Shown: positions 37,528 to 51,747 of the stretch, piece after piece | Layout: each line of letters opens with the position of its first letter | Numbering within the stretch: position 1 is the first letter of the stretch | Assembly: GCA_000004695.1 (NCBI GenBank) | Contig: CM000154.2 | Coordinates: 4,448,001-4,512,000 of the forward strand | Origin: Dictyostelium discoideum | Lineage: Eukaryota | Direction of reading: 5' to 3' | DNA: 64,000 nucleotides | Program-made: the position numbers and the translations under genes | Notes under the pieces: model-generated | What the model saw: only the letters and a program-made list of their open reading frames with translations | Databases searched by the model: none | What the model was told of the DNA's origin: nothing

Positions 37528-38666
37528 CAAAAAAAAACGAAACAAAGAAATAAACGAGAATTTATACATATAATAAATAAATCACTGTTATATCTTCACC
37601 GCCACATTCATTCCTCTTAATTTTACCCTATTTTTGCTCAATAAAGCAAGGGCTATCGTCCTATATACTTTTCAACAATGGCTGATTATCACTCAACTGA
37701 ATTACAGTTAAATCATACAGATAACAACACAACCAATACAAATAGTACCTCCACAACCTCAACAACAAAAAACAAAAGTGCAAAAATCGACACACCTAAA
37801 AAACAAAGGACTTGATAATCAATTAGATATCATTGCACCTCCATCAATCACAAGACCACTCTCTTTCTTAGAAAAAAACAATAACACCATCAACATTAAG
37901 TGTTACTTTAATCAACCACACATCCGTGAAGAATTAAACTCTATAGATGACACAAGAATTCAACAAATTCACAAAAACATTCACAAACTCTTGGAAGATA
38001 TACTGTCGCCATCAGCATTTAAAATAATTGGTGCAACTGCCTTCGTAAATTGCAACGTCGATAAATTAACTTCAATAATCAACCTTCAAAACCAACTTGC
38101 ACTAAATATCGATAAACTCAACTATAGATTCGAAATATCATCAAATGATTATGCAATCATTAAAACATTCATTCAAACGACTCACCCAAACATGCAAACT
38201 ATGCAATTATAAACAACCTCACCAAATTCTCTAGTTGTACATCAATTAAATCATTTACTGTCACATACTCATATGCTGTTGCGTTTAAAAGCTACATTAT
38301 AACATATCATCTAATTGATCACACACACAACATTGTTGATCAAAAGATCGAACAACCATCTGGTATCACAAGATATATCAAAGCTGCAACACGTAGTATC
38401 ACTAAACACAAAATTCAACATGCAAAAAATGCAGATATGGCAACAACTATAAAAAATGCCCTCACAAACCCAAATATTAACAAAAACAATCAACCACCAA
38501 AAAACAACATTAACACCCCACCAATCAACGAAATTGCAAATTCCAATCGCAATAATAACCCACTTCAAAATAGTGTTTCAAAAGCTACACTAAATGAATT
38601 ACTTGATATTAACAATCAATCCCAAAACAATAATTAAATTTCACGCAAATGTGATTCTTCAAATAA
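37528..38666 (+). mobile_element. Retrotransposon-like fragment (A/C-rich sense strand, frameshifted ORFs), probably a degenerate non-LTR (TRE-type) element 5' portion; its right end is lost in an assembly gap
   Basis: Composition changes abruptly from about 80% AT to A/C-rich, T-poor sequence exactly where the PKS pseudogene exon 1 breaks off (about 37527). Open frames in two phases (MADYHSTELQLNH...*, then 37778..38212 MQKSTHLKNKGLDNQ..., then 38437..38637) are typical of a decayed ORF1 of a Dictyostelium non-LTR element. Family assignment is not possible from memory. Confidence 0.45.
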
Positions 38667-38766
38667 NNNNNNNNNNNNNNNNNNNNNNNNNNNNNNNNNN
38701 NNNNNNNNNNNNNNNNNNNNNNNNNNNNNNNNNNNNNNNNNNNNNNNNNNNNNNNNNNNNNNNNNN
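38667..38766. other. Assembly gap (100 N)
   Basis: Run of exactly 100 N. Confidence 0.99.
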
Positions 38767-39582
38767 TTTTTATTTTTAATTAAATCACAAATATCATTAT
38801 AGGTTCATAATAAATCTTGAGGACCTTAGAAACTATTCGTTATTTTTTATTTTTTTTTTTTCTTTTTTTTAATTTTATTAATTATCTTTTGTCATTTAAA
38901 AATAAAATTTTTTTTTTTTTTTATTTTAATTAAAATCGAAAATCCCAAAATAAAATGAAAAAAAATCTTAATTTTAATTTTTGGGATTGAATTAAGATTT
39001 ATACTCCCCTACCTTTTTTTTATTTAATGTTGATTGGGGTGAAAAAAAAAAAAAAAAAAAATATTTTGTTTTGATTTGTTTTTTTAATTTATTTTTATTT
39101 TATTTTATTTTTTTTTTTTATTTTTAAAAAAATCAAATTTTTGAATTCAAAAATAGTATTTGCACACCATGCTTTATTAAAAAAAAATCATTTTATATAT
39201 AAAAAAATCATTTTATATTTATAAAACCACTTCAAATAATTGGTATCAAGAATAAAAAAAAAAAAAAAATAAAAAAGAAAAAAATAAAATTAAAAAAAAA
39301 ATTTATATATATTATTAAATATAATAATGAAATAAAAAAATTAATATATATTTTTATATATTTATATATAGTGCATTTTACTAAAAGTAAATCAAGCTAA
39401 TTAGTATGTAGTGTTTAAAAAATTTCTATTTTTATTTTAATATTATTTTTTAAATTTTTTTTTTTTTTTAAAAATATCTTCTCTTTCTGTCCCCCTTTTT
39501 TTTTTTTTTTTTTTTTTTTGGGGGGTTTTTATTTTGGAATAAAAAATTATGTTTCCTCTTTTCATCTATTTATAGAAGAAAA

Positions 39583-39618
<36 letters not shown>

Positions 39619-39858
39619 CTTTTACTTACCACCCAAAACAATTATTCAAAATTATATTCAGAAATATTATTTAATTTAAATTTCCAATAAAATCAATATT
39701 ATTTCAATTATTATTATTATTTTTAATTTTTATATAAATATAAATAAAAATTAAAAAAAAAATAATAATAATAGTTAATTTAAAATTATAGAAACAAAAA
39801 AAAAAAAAAAAAACAAATAATTTAAAATTATAGAAACAAAAAAAAAAAAAAAAAAAAA

Positions 39859-41174
39859 ATGGAAGGAGTATTATCATCATTATTAGCATCATCATTAATT
39901 GTTGGATTTCCATCATTAATATTTGTATGTTCAATATTAATTTATTATTATTTATGTGTTATGAAAAAGAAAATTTCATCAAAAGATTCATTACCACCAG
40001 TGATTGGGGTATATATAATGAGATGTATTTATTCAATAACTCAATATTGGGAGATGATAATACCACAAATTAAATTATACAGAATTTCCAATGATTATAT
40101 TGTTTTTCAATGTTTATCTGTGGTTTTCACATTAAAAGTAATGGATTATTTAAAAGATGGACCTAAAACCATTAGAGAATTATCACAATTAACAAAATCA
40201 AGTGAAAAGAATTTATTTAGAGTAATGCGTGCTCTAACTCAAGAACATATTTTTAACTATAATCAAAGTAATCAAACATTTTCATTAAATTCATGTTCAA
40301 AACTATTAACTTCACCACCACCACCATCATCATCTCCATTTGAACAAAATGGTATATTATCAACAAATGATGAAGAATTAGGATGTATATTTTCAATGTT
40401 AAGTTATCCAACATTTATTGATGCATGGAGATCATTAAAAGAATGCATTGAAAGTGGTGTTAGTGGTTTTCAAGCAAAGCATGGTATGACATTCTTTCAA
40501 TATATTGATGAAAAAGATACTTATATTAAAAAGATATTTGATTCTGCAATGAGACAAAGAATTATGCAACTAAAATACATACACAAATAATCAATGGTTA
40601 TGATTTTTCAAAGTATAAAAAAGTTTGTGATATTGGTGGAGGTATCGGATTCCTTGGCTTTGAAATTGTGAATCACAATGCCAATACGTGTGTATGTGTA
40701 TTAGAGTTGGAGGAGACTGTTAGAAATGGGTTAGAACAAAGTAAAGTAGATGAAAAGAAGCAACGTATAATTGAGGAACAAAGATTGGTTTTTAAAACTG
40801 GTAATATGTTTATACCAAGATCAATCCCATCTGCAAATCTTTACATTATGATGCAAGTTATTCATGATTGGAATAACAATGATGCAATTAAAATTCTATC
40901 ATCTGTTGCATCAACTATGAGAATGGAGAGAAACCACACTGGTCAATCTCCAAAATTATTAATCATTGATTCAATCCTTGATGATAATATCAATAATGAC
41001 ACCTACAAACGTTCATGTATACCTGATATCATAATGATGGCAATTGTAGGTGGTGAAGAAAGAACACTTTCACAATGGGGTCATATAATTAAAGAAAGTG
41101 GTTTACAAGTTTTAACAATTAAAAAATTTAATCGTCCACCATTTTTATCATTAATTGAATTAACAATTCAATAA
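39859..41174 (+). CDS. Class I SAM-dependent O-methyltransferase (plant/COMT-like OMT family); reading frame broken by a 1-bp deletion in an A run near 40585-40588
   Basis: The N-terminal frame (ORF 39859..40590) has the dimerisation-domain-like segment QIKLYRISNDYIVFQCLSVVFTLKVMDYLKDGPKTIRELSQL and ...KKIFDSAM. The C-terminal frame (through 41174) has IINGYDFSKYKKVCDIGGGIGFLGF (SAM motif I), FKTGNMF, ANLYIMMQVIHDWNNNDAIKIL. The two frames meet at cacaaa|taatcaatggt. Adding one A restores ...KYIHKIINGYDF.... The true start is uncertain: the hydrophobic MEGVLSSLLASSLIVGF... at 39859 may be real, or the start may be an internal Met near 40019/40049. Confidence 0.75.
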
Positions 41175-41218
41175 AAATAATAAATATTATTATATGTTTT
41201 TTTTTTTATTTTATTGAT

Positions 41219-42816
41219 TTATTTTTCAAAATGTTTATCTAAATTTGTTAAAGATTTATCTAAAATTTCAAAACCTTCTTTTAATTCTTTTTCATTAATT
41301 GTTAATGGTGGATTTGTAAAGAAGGATGACCAACGGCAAAGTGTGTATAAACCATTTTCAACGAAATCTGAGGATAGTTTAGTCATGGCTGGGTGTGGTG
41401 GACCATTGTATTCGATGAATGGGTCACCATTTGAATTCTTTTGAAGTTCAACGATACCGAATAAACCTAATGAACGGTAACCTTTGACTGTTGGATGACG
41501 TTGTTTCAATTGTTCCATATGTTTTTTCATTACTGGTTCTAAAGTTTTAACATTATCCAATACACGATTCTTTAAGAAATATTGTAATGCGGCATATGCT
41601 GATGCTAATGTGACTGGATGACTATTGTAAGTTGAGCCAATGCCAATTGGGTTGACTTTAAAGTGGTCAGCAATACGATCACGACAGCCAACAGCACCCA
41701 ATGGGAGGTAGGCACCATTGATACCTTTTGCCATTGTGACGATATCTGGAATTACCTCTTCTTGGCTATTCATAAAACCAAACATTTCACCAGTTCTACC
41801 GAATCCATTCATAACTTCATCGCAAACCATGAGAATGCCAGTTTCGTCGCAAATCTTACGAATACCTTCGAGATAGCCTTTTGGTGGCTTGAGAATACCA
41901 TTGGTGCCGGTTACAGGCTCAATGAAAATTGCAGCGATATTTTTGGCACCCTCATAGGATATGGTTTCACGAAGATATTTAAGTGAGATTTCTGTGATTT
42001 GCTCTTCAGTTTCACCCCATTTAAAACTGTATGGATATGGATCCATAAAGTGGACAACACCACTTGCACCAGGCTCGCTATTCCAACGACGTGGATCGCC
42101 TGTTAATGTCATTGCACCCAATGTTGCGCCATGGTAGGAACGATAACGTGCTAAAATCTTATGACGACCAGTGAAAAGACGTGCCATTCTCATTGCGGTT
42201 TCATTTGACTCTGCACCACCACTTGTGTAGTAGAAATGGTTGATATCACCTGGGAATAAATCTGCTAATAACATTGATAACTTTGCTTTAATTGGTGTTA
42301 CAATTGAACATGGATAAGCATAAGCAGCTGATCTCAATTGTTCTTCAATTGCTTTAATAACTTCCTCTGGTACTGTATGTCCAAGATTTGAACACATTGC
42401 TTGTGAATTGAAATCAATATATTTCTTACCATCTGTATCATAAAAATAAACACCTTCACCTTTTTCCATAATTAATGCTTTATTTGCTGCTGCTTCTGTT
42501 GGATTCCATGAAAATAATGTATTATCTTTAATTGTTTGAATAATTTCTTTTTTATTAAATTTTTTTTCTGAAATTTTTAAATGTTTTTTATAAATTTCTA
42601 ATTAAAAATAAAAATAAAAATAAAAATAAAAATAAAATAATTAGAATAAATTATATAAATATTTGGATTATTTTTTTTTTATTTTATTTTTTTTTGATTT
42701 TATAATTTACCATCATAATTAACTTTTGATGAAAAACTACATTGAGTTGATTTAATTGAATTATTAATTAAAACTGATGTGGTTTTAATATTTTTAATAA
42801 CACCTCTTGTGATCAT
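41219..42816 (-). CDS. Class-III (omega) PLP-dependent aminotransferase, AGXT2 / GABA-T / beta-alanine-pyruvate transaminase-like, 2 exons, with a probable N-terminal mitochondrial presequence
   Basis: Exon 1 about 42816..42711 (MITRGVIKNIKTTSVLINNSIKSTQCSFSSKVNYD, donor GTAAAT). The intron holds an (AAAAT)n repeat. Exon 2 about 42597..41219 (ORF 41219..42469 extended upstream: ...IYKKHLKISEKKF...MEKGEGVYFYDTDGKKYIDF...). Class-III aminotransferase signatures: YTSGGAESNETAMRMAR, IAAIFIEPVTGTNGI, MVCDEVMNGFGRTGEMFG, VTMAKGINGAYLPLGAV (PLP lysine in MAKG). The stop is 45 bp from the OMT stop; the two genes are convergent. Confidence 0.85.
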
Positions 42817-43235
42817 TGTTATTGTTTTTTCTTTTTAAATTTACAATGAGGGAAAATTCAGAAAAAAAAAAAACTAAAAACTAAAAACTAAAAAATAAAA
42901 AATTAAAAAATAATTAAAAAAAAAAAAAAAAAAAAAAAGCGATTAGCTGGTTCAGATATTTTTCAAATAAAAAATCAAAATTAAAAAATTCAAAAAAAAG
43001 TCAAAACGATCAAATTACACCAAACTTTATTTGATTTAAAAAAAGAAAGATTTTTTTATTTTTTTTATTTTTTTTTTTTTATTTTTTTTTTTTATTTTTA
43101 TATAACTTTTAGAATTATTATTATTTTATTATTATTATTTTTAATTTGGGAGCACAAAAGTGATAATCTGGTGTTATTTATAGATACCCATTTATATAAA
43201 TATTAATGTTGGATTATGATGTAGGTGATGTGGGG

Positions 43236-43335
43236 NNNNNNNNNNNNNNNNNNNNNNNNNNNNNNNNNNNNNNNNNNNNNNNNNNNNNNNNNNNNNNNNN
43301 NNNNNNNNNNNNNNNNNNNNNNNNNNNNNNNNNNN
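43236..43335. other. Assembly gap (100 N)
   Basis: Run of exactly 100 N in the 3' flank of the alg7-like gene. Confidence 0.99.
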
Positions 43336-43379
43336 ACGGGGGAGACAGGGGACAGGGGGAGTAAATTATCATCGATGAA

Positions 43380-44842
43380 TTTAAAAGAAAAATGGAGCCA
43401 AAACATATCTAATACCAAAACCAACACATGAACATAAACCTTGGAATATTAAAAGATAAACACAGAGTTGTCTTTCAGTTAATGGACCAGTAATCATTAA
43501 AAGTAAATTTATAATTGTGAGATTAGTTGGAATTGCTTCCATTTTACCAGTTTCTGGATTGAATTTTGGAACTCTATGTCTTGGACATGGAATTATACCA
43601 AATAACTGTGGTACTGAATAAAGAAAATTTAAAATCTTTTTATTTAAATAAAAAAAAAAAAATTAGTATATTATTTATTATTTATTATTTATTATAAATA
43701 TATTTTAAAAAAAACTTACTTGAGGAATAAAGAATAATAATAAAGTTTTACTAAAATGACAAAGGATTGCAACTACAGCAAAACACATACCAGAGAAATA
43801 AGTATATGTATCACCGACAAATACACGAGAAGGATACCAATTGTAAAAGAGTAAAGAGATCGTTGTGAAAAGGAATGGTATCATTAAAATTAGTGAAAAT
43901 AAATGTGGTGAAACTGATGAGAGTGCCGAGGAGGAGAAAGAGGAGGAAGAGGGTACTGACGATGCAATTGTTAATTCTATTAAATTATGAATAATGATTG
44001 ATGTAGCTATTACAACTGATTGACCAACTTCCAAACCATTAATACCTGCTAAAATATTGATACTGTTGGTACAAAAGATTGCCAACATTAATAAATAGAT
44101 ACGATAAAAGATACCCAAATCAAATACAACACCCAACCATTCCCTTAATGGTACTGGGAAATTAATATCTGGTACAACTACGGTTGTACCACCTGCATAT
44201 GCCACTAATAATGGTAAACTTGCAAACATTGGTAATATCAATTTATATCTCCATCTTAAATTTAAAACGTCATCTCCAAATCCTAATAAAATCATAAAAC
44301 AAATTGATGTCAATGCTGCATTATATTCACTTAATTGAATTGTCTCTGGGAATGAAAACCATTGAAATGTTTGAAATAATATGACACATACTAAATAAAC
44401 TACTGCAACACAAATACCTAATGATTCTGGTCTATTTAAAAATAAAAAAATAAAAAAAAAAAAAATAAAAAAAATAAAAATAAAAAAAATTGGGGGGGTG
44501 GGAGAGAGTGGGTGAGTGAGAGGTTTGTAATTTAATTGAGGAAAAAAAAAAAAAAAAAAAAAAAAGAAAACCCTTATAATAATTATAATATATTTACATT
44601 TTCTTACCGGAGAATTTAGGGTCACCTTTTTTATTTAAATCCATACCAGTTAAATTTGCTTGTGAAGTTAAATCTGCAACTGATGGTATTAATTTATAAG
44701 TTAACAAACCTGCACCAAATGAAAAGAAACCACTTTGTACTATGATCCATTGAAGTGATACATTTGGTAAATAGATTAATAATAGAATTGGTGGTAAACA
44801 ACAAATACCAATAAATCCTAATAATGATTTATCAAATATCAT
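43380..44842 (-). CDS. alg7: UDP-GlcNAc:dolichyl-phosphate GlcNAc-1-phosphate transferase (GPT / ALG7 / DPAGT1 family), 3 exons
   Basis: Exons approx 44842..44608 ([15 protein letters not shown]...KGDPKFS), 44426..43720 ([12 protein letters not shown]...[12 protein letters not shown], donor GTAAGT), 43605..43380 ([26 protein letters not shown]...*). Family motifs: [55 protein letters not shown]. Confidence 0.85.
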
Positions 44843-45171
44843 TTTTTTTTTTTTTTACACTTTTATATATGTTTCTATTTTTTTTTTTTTTTTTTTTTTT
44901 ATTATTATTATTCTTCTTATTATTTTTATTATTATTAAATTTATTATTATTATTATTATTATATACAAAATGAAAAAAAAAAAAATTAAAAATAATCAAA
45001 AAAAATGAAAAAAAAAAAAAAAAATGAAATAAAAAAAAAAAAAAATGAAATTAAAAAAAAGATTTTTAATTTAGCAAAAATAAAAGATGAGTCATTCTAT
45101 TTTTTTTATTTTTATTTTTTTATTGTTTATTAATAATTTAAATTATTTAAAAAAAATCCGAAGAAAAGAAA

Positions 45172-45213
<42 letters not shown>

Positions 45214-45411
45214 AGAGTGAGAAAAAAATTCATATTTATTGTATATTTATTATTAGGGTTATTAACCTTATAGTAATAAATCACTATTTTTTTTTTTTTG
45301 TTTTTTTTTATTTATTTTTTTTTTTTTAAACAATTAATTTTATTTCTAAAAAAAAAAATTAAAGTATGGTACCAAGAATGCAAACTAAATTTTTTTTTTT
45401 TTTTTCTTTAT

Positions 45412-45454
<43 letters not shown>

Positions 45455-45656
45455 GTTTAAATTGTGGTAAGAAATAAAAATACCACTCGGCATTTTTTTT
45501 CATTTTTTATTTTTTTTTTGAAAGGGGTTAAAAAAATAAAAAAAATAAAATAAAATTTTGTAAAAATAAAAAAGGGGCCACCCTTTAAAATCATCACTTT
45601 TTTTTTAAAATTTTTTTTTTTTATTTTTTTTTATTTTTTTATTGCGAAAAACACAA

Positions 45657-45694
<38 letters not shown>

Positions 45695-46152
45695 CAGAAA
45701 ATTTAAGTGTTTTGTTTATTTTATTTATTTTATTTATTAATATACTTTTTTTAAAAAAAAAAAAAACAAAAAAAAAAAAAAACACCCAAAATTCCTAAAA
45801 AAGGTAAATAAAAATAATAATAATAATAATAAAAAGATAAAAAACAAGAAAAAAACAACTGGAAATCAGTCCGTTTTTACACTTTTTTTTTTTTTATTTC
45901 TTTCTTTCGAAGAACAATTATTTTTTATTTTTTTTTTTTTTTTAACTATTTAATAATAATGTTTAAAACAAAACAAAAAAAACAAAAAAAAAAAAAACAA
46001 AAAAAACAAAAAATAAACAAAATAATTATTCCTGTTTGATAACGAAATACGGCACTACACTTTAAAGAGCACTCTAAATCAACCAGGTTTTTTGAAAGTT
46101 TTTTCATATTTTTTAATTTTTCAATTTTCAATTTTTTTTTTTTTTTGTTGCC

Positions 46153-46186
<34 letters not shown>

Positions 46187-46356
46187 CACTAAAATTATTT
46201 TTATTAATATTAATACCAAAATTAAAAAAAAAAATTCATTTACATCTGAAAAATCAGTTTTTAGATTAGATTTTTAGTTTTTTTTAGAATTTTTTTTTTT
46301 TTTTTTTTTTAGAATCTTTTTTTTTTTTTTTTTTTTTCCAAATTAGACACGTATAA

Positions 46357-49035
<2,679 letters not shown>

Positions 49036-49204
49036 GGCAAAATTATAGCTCAAATAATAAATCCACCATTTTCCATTCCTCATCATCACCATCATCACCA
49101 CTCTCTTCCCACTCCTACTCCTACTCCTCCCTCTCCTCCTCTTTTTCTTTTTTTAGTTATTGCCAATGGTAATTTTATCAAAAGTAAAATAAGAACCTGG
49201 GAAG

Positions 49205-49238
<34 letters not shown>

Positions 49239-49686
49239 AAAGTGCAAAAAAAAAAAAAAAAAAAGTGAAAAAAGAAAAAGAAAAAAAAAAAAGGTAAAAA
49301 AAAAAAAACAAAAAAAAAAAAAACACACACAATCCATCAACCAACAAAACCTCAGATTATTATTTCTTTCCTCCCTTTTGAAAAAAGTAGTTTTCTCCTT
49401 TTTTTTTTTTTTTTTTTTCTTTTAATGTGGCAAATAAAATTTTATTTTTAAGACATAATATATAACATGTTATTTTATTTTCTTATTTTTTTTTTTTTTT
49501 TTTTTTTTTTTCAGAATGGTAAAAGTAAAATTCTGCAAAAATTATTTTACTTTTTTTTTTTTTTTATTTAAAAAATTAGAAAATATCTAGTAAAAATCAA
49601 CTTTTTTGTCCTTTCGTTTTTTTATTTTTACTTTTTTGTATTATATTTTTTTTTATATTTTTTTTTTTTTAATAGTGATAAAAATA

Positions 49687-49742
<56 letters not shown>

Positions 49743-50014
49743 ATGAGTGATAAGAAAAATATTAAATAATATTACTTTATTTTATTTTATTATTTTATAT
49801 TTTATTTTATTTTATTTTATTTTATTTTAATTGAACTTGTAAAATAATTGATATTGAAAACCCCAAATTAATAGTTCTGTTGGTATGCTTGGACAATAAC
49901 ACTGAAAGAATCTGATTGCTTACATTATTAGTTTACGTACGAATATAAAAAGACTCTATTTTTAGCAGCAGTTAAAAAAGTTTTTTTTTTTTTTTTCTAT
50001 CCAAAACCGTTAAA

Positions 50015-50052
<38 letters not shown>

Positions 50053-50886
50053 TTTTTTTTGTTTTTAGAAAAGTAAATAATATTAATAACGGTTTTCATA
50101 TTTTTTTTTTTTTTTTTTTTTTTTATAAAAATTATAAAATTAAATAATAAATTTATTATAATATAATTATATTTGGTTGGACCCATTAAAAAAAAAAAAA
50201 AAAAAAAAAAAGAGGAATAAAAAATTTTATAAATCTAGATTTGGATTTCATTTTTTTTTTTTTTAATTATTTTTTTTAATTTTCTTTTTTTTTTTTTTTA
50301 TTTTTTTTTTTACACATATTTGATATAGATATATATATATAATACACAACAAAGTTTTATTCATTGTGCAAATATCAAATCAATTTCAAGTCATTGTTGG
50401 AAATAATATTATTAACAACAATAATAATAATAATTAATAACAATAATACTAATATTAAAATAACAACAATAAAATAGCAAGGTAATTCATCAAATAAAAT
50501 GGAAATTTTTTTTTTTTTTTTTTTTTGATATATGAAAAAAAAAAAGTTTATTATTTATTCCATTATTATTTTCTCACTATAAAAACATTGTTTTTCATTT
50601 AAATAATATAACTAATAAAGGCTAACAACACAATGTCATCATTAACATCATCACCATATCATCATTTTATTTTTAACAATAATTTTGTAATCTAAAATTT
50701 TTGAAAAATAAAATATAAATAATAATTTGAAAAAAAAAAAAAAAATAAAAATAATAAAGGAATGGTTTATTAAAATAAACATTTCTTTCCATATTGTGTG
50801 AGCCTATAAATGAATTGTTTTTTTAAAAAAATAAAAAAAATAATAAAAAAAATAAAAATAATAAAAATAATAAAAATAATAAATAA

Positions 50887-50925
<39 letters not shown>

Positions 50926-51747
50926 TAAATATATTTTTATATATATAAAAATAACTTACGTTAAAATTCCACACTCACTCAAACCCACACATATTTACAC
51001 CCACTTCGCTCACCTAAATAAATAAAGATTTATTGTGTGGCAGTTTATTTTTAATTTTTTTTTTTTTTTTAATTTTTTTTAATTTTTTTTTTTTTTTTTT
51101 TTTAATAATTTCATTTAAATTTACTATCACAAAATAAAAAAAAAATAAAAAAAAAATAATAATTAAAAAAAAAAAAGAAAAAAAAAAAAAACAATCAATT
51201 TATTTTAATTAAAATAAAAAATAAACACATAATAAAATTTTAATTAATATAAAAAATATATATAACTACATAAATCCATTTTAGAAATAATAAATAACTT
51301 ATTTATATAAAAAAGTTAAAAATATCACATACTAATAATAACTCTTTTCCAAAAAAAAAAAAAATAAAAAAAAAAATAAAAAAAAAAAATATATTTTTTT
51401 TATTTTTGTCCAATACTTGATCAAATTTTTTTTTTTCATAAAAAAAAAAAAAAAAAAATCATATTTTTTTATTTTTTTTTTTTGCTTGTTTTCGAAATTA
51501 TCAGTACCAAAATCCAGTTATCAATAAAAATAAAACAAAAATACGATAAAGAACCAACAAAAAAAATTTTTTTTTTTAAAAAAAAAAAAAAAAATCAAAA
51601 ATTAAAAATTAAAATCATAATAAAACCGTCAACAACCAATAATAATAATAAGAATAAAATATTATAATAATAATAATAATAAAAATATAATAATATAAAT
51701 TTTATTTTTTATTTTTTTTTTAATTTATAAATTTTATAAAAAATAAA

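Noticed and set aside
38594-38779. ORFs translated as runs of X across N stretches (38594..38779, 43203..43427, 43225..43431)
   Set aside because: They span assembly gaps and are not real coding sequence.
39704-39934. Poly-Phe / poly-Lys ORFs in A/T homopolymer intergenic tracts (39704..39934, 45087..45329, 45946..46277, 46284..46487, 49095..49347, 51482..51667, 54837..55079, 21025..21315, 23163..23345)
   Set aside because: Pure low-complexity translation of poly(A)/poly(T) runs; no start context or homology.
39859-40020. Possible intron in the OMT 5' region (gtatatat ... tacag, about 40008-40084)
   Set aside because: Phases do not match. The continuous in-frame reading (…PPVIGVYIMRCIYSITQYWEMIIPQIKLYRISNDYIVFQ…) is open and continues into the OMT dimerisation segment, so no intron is needed.
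41214-41986. Plus-strand ORFs 41214..41444 and 41663..41986, and minus-strand ORFs 53548..53893 and 57892..58101
   Set aside because: They are antisense to well-supported genes (aminotransferase, kinase, FNIP-repeat exon) and have no motifs.
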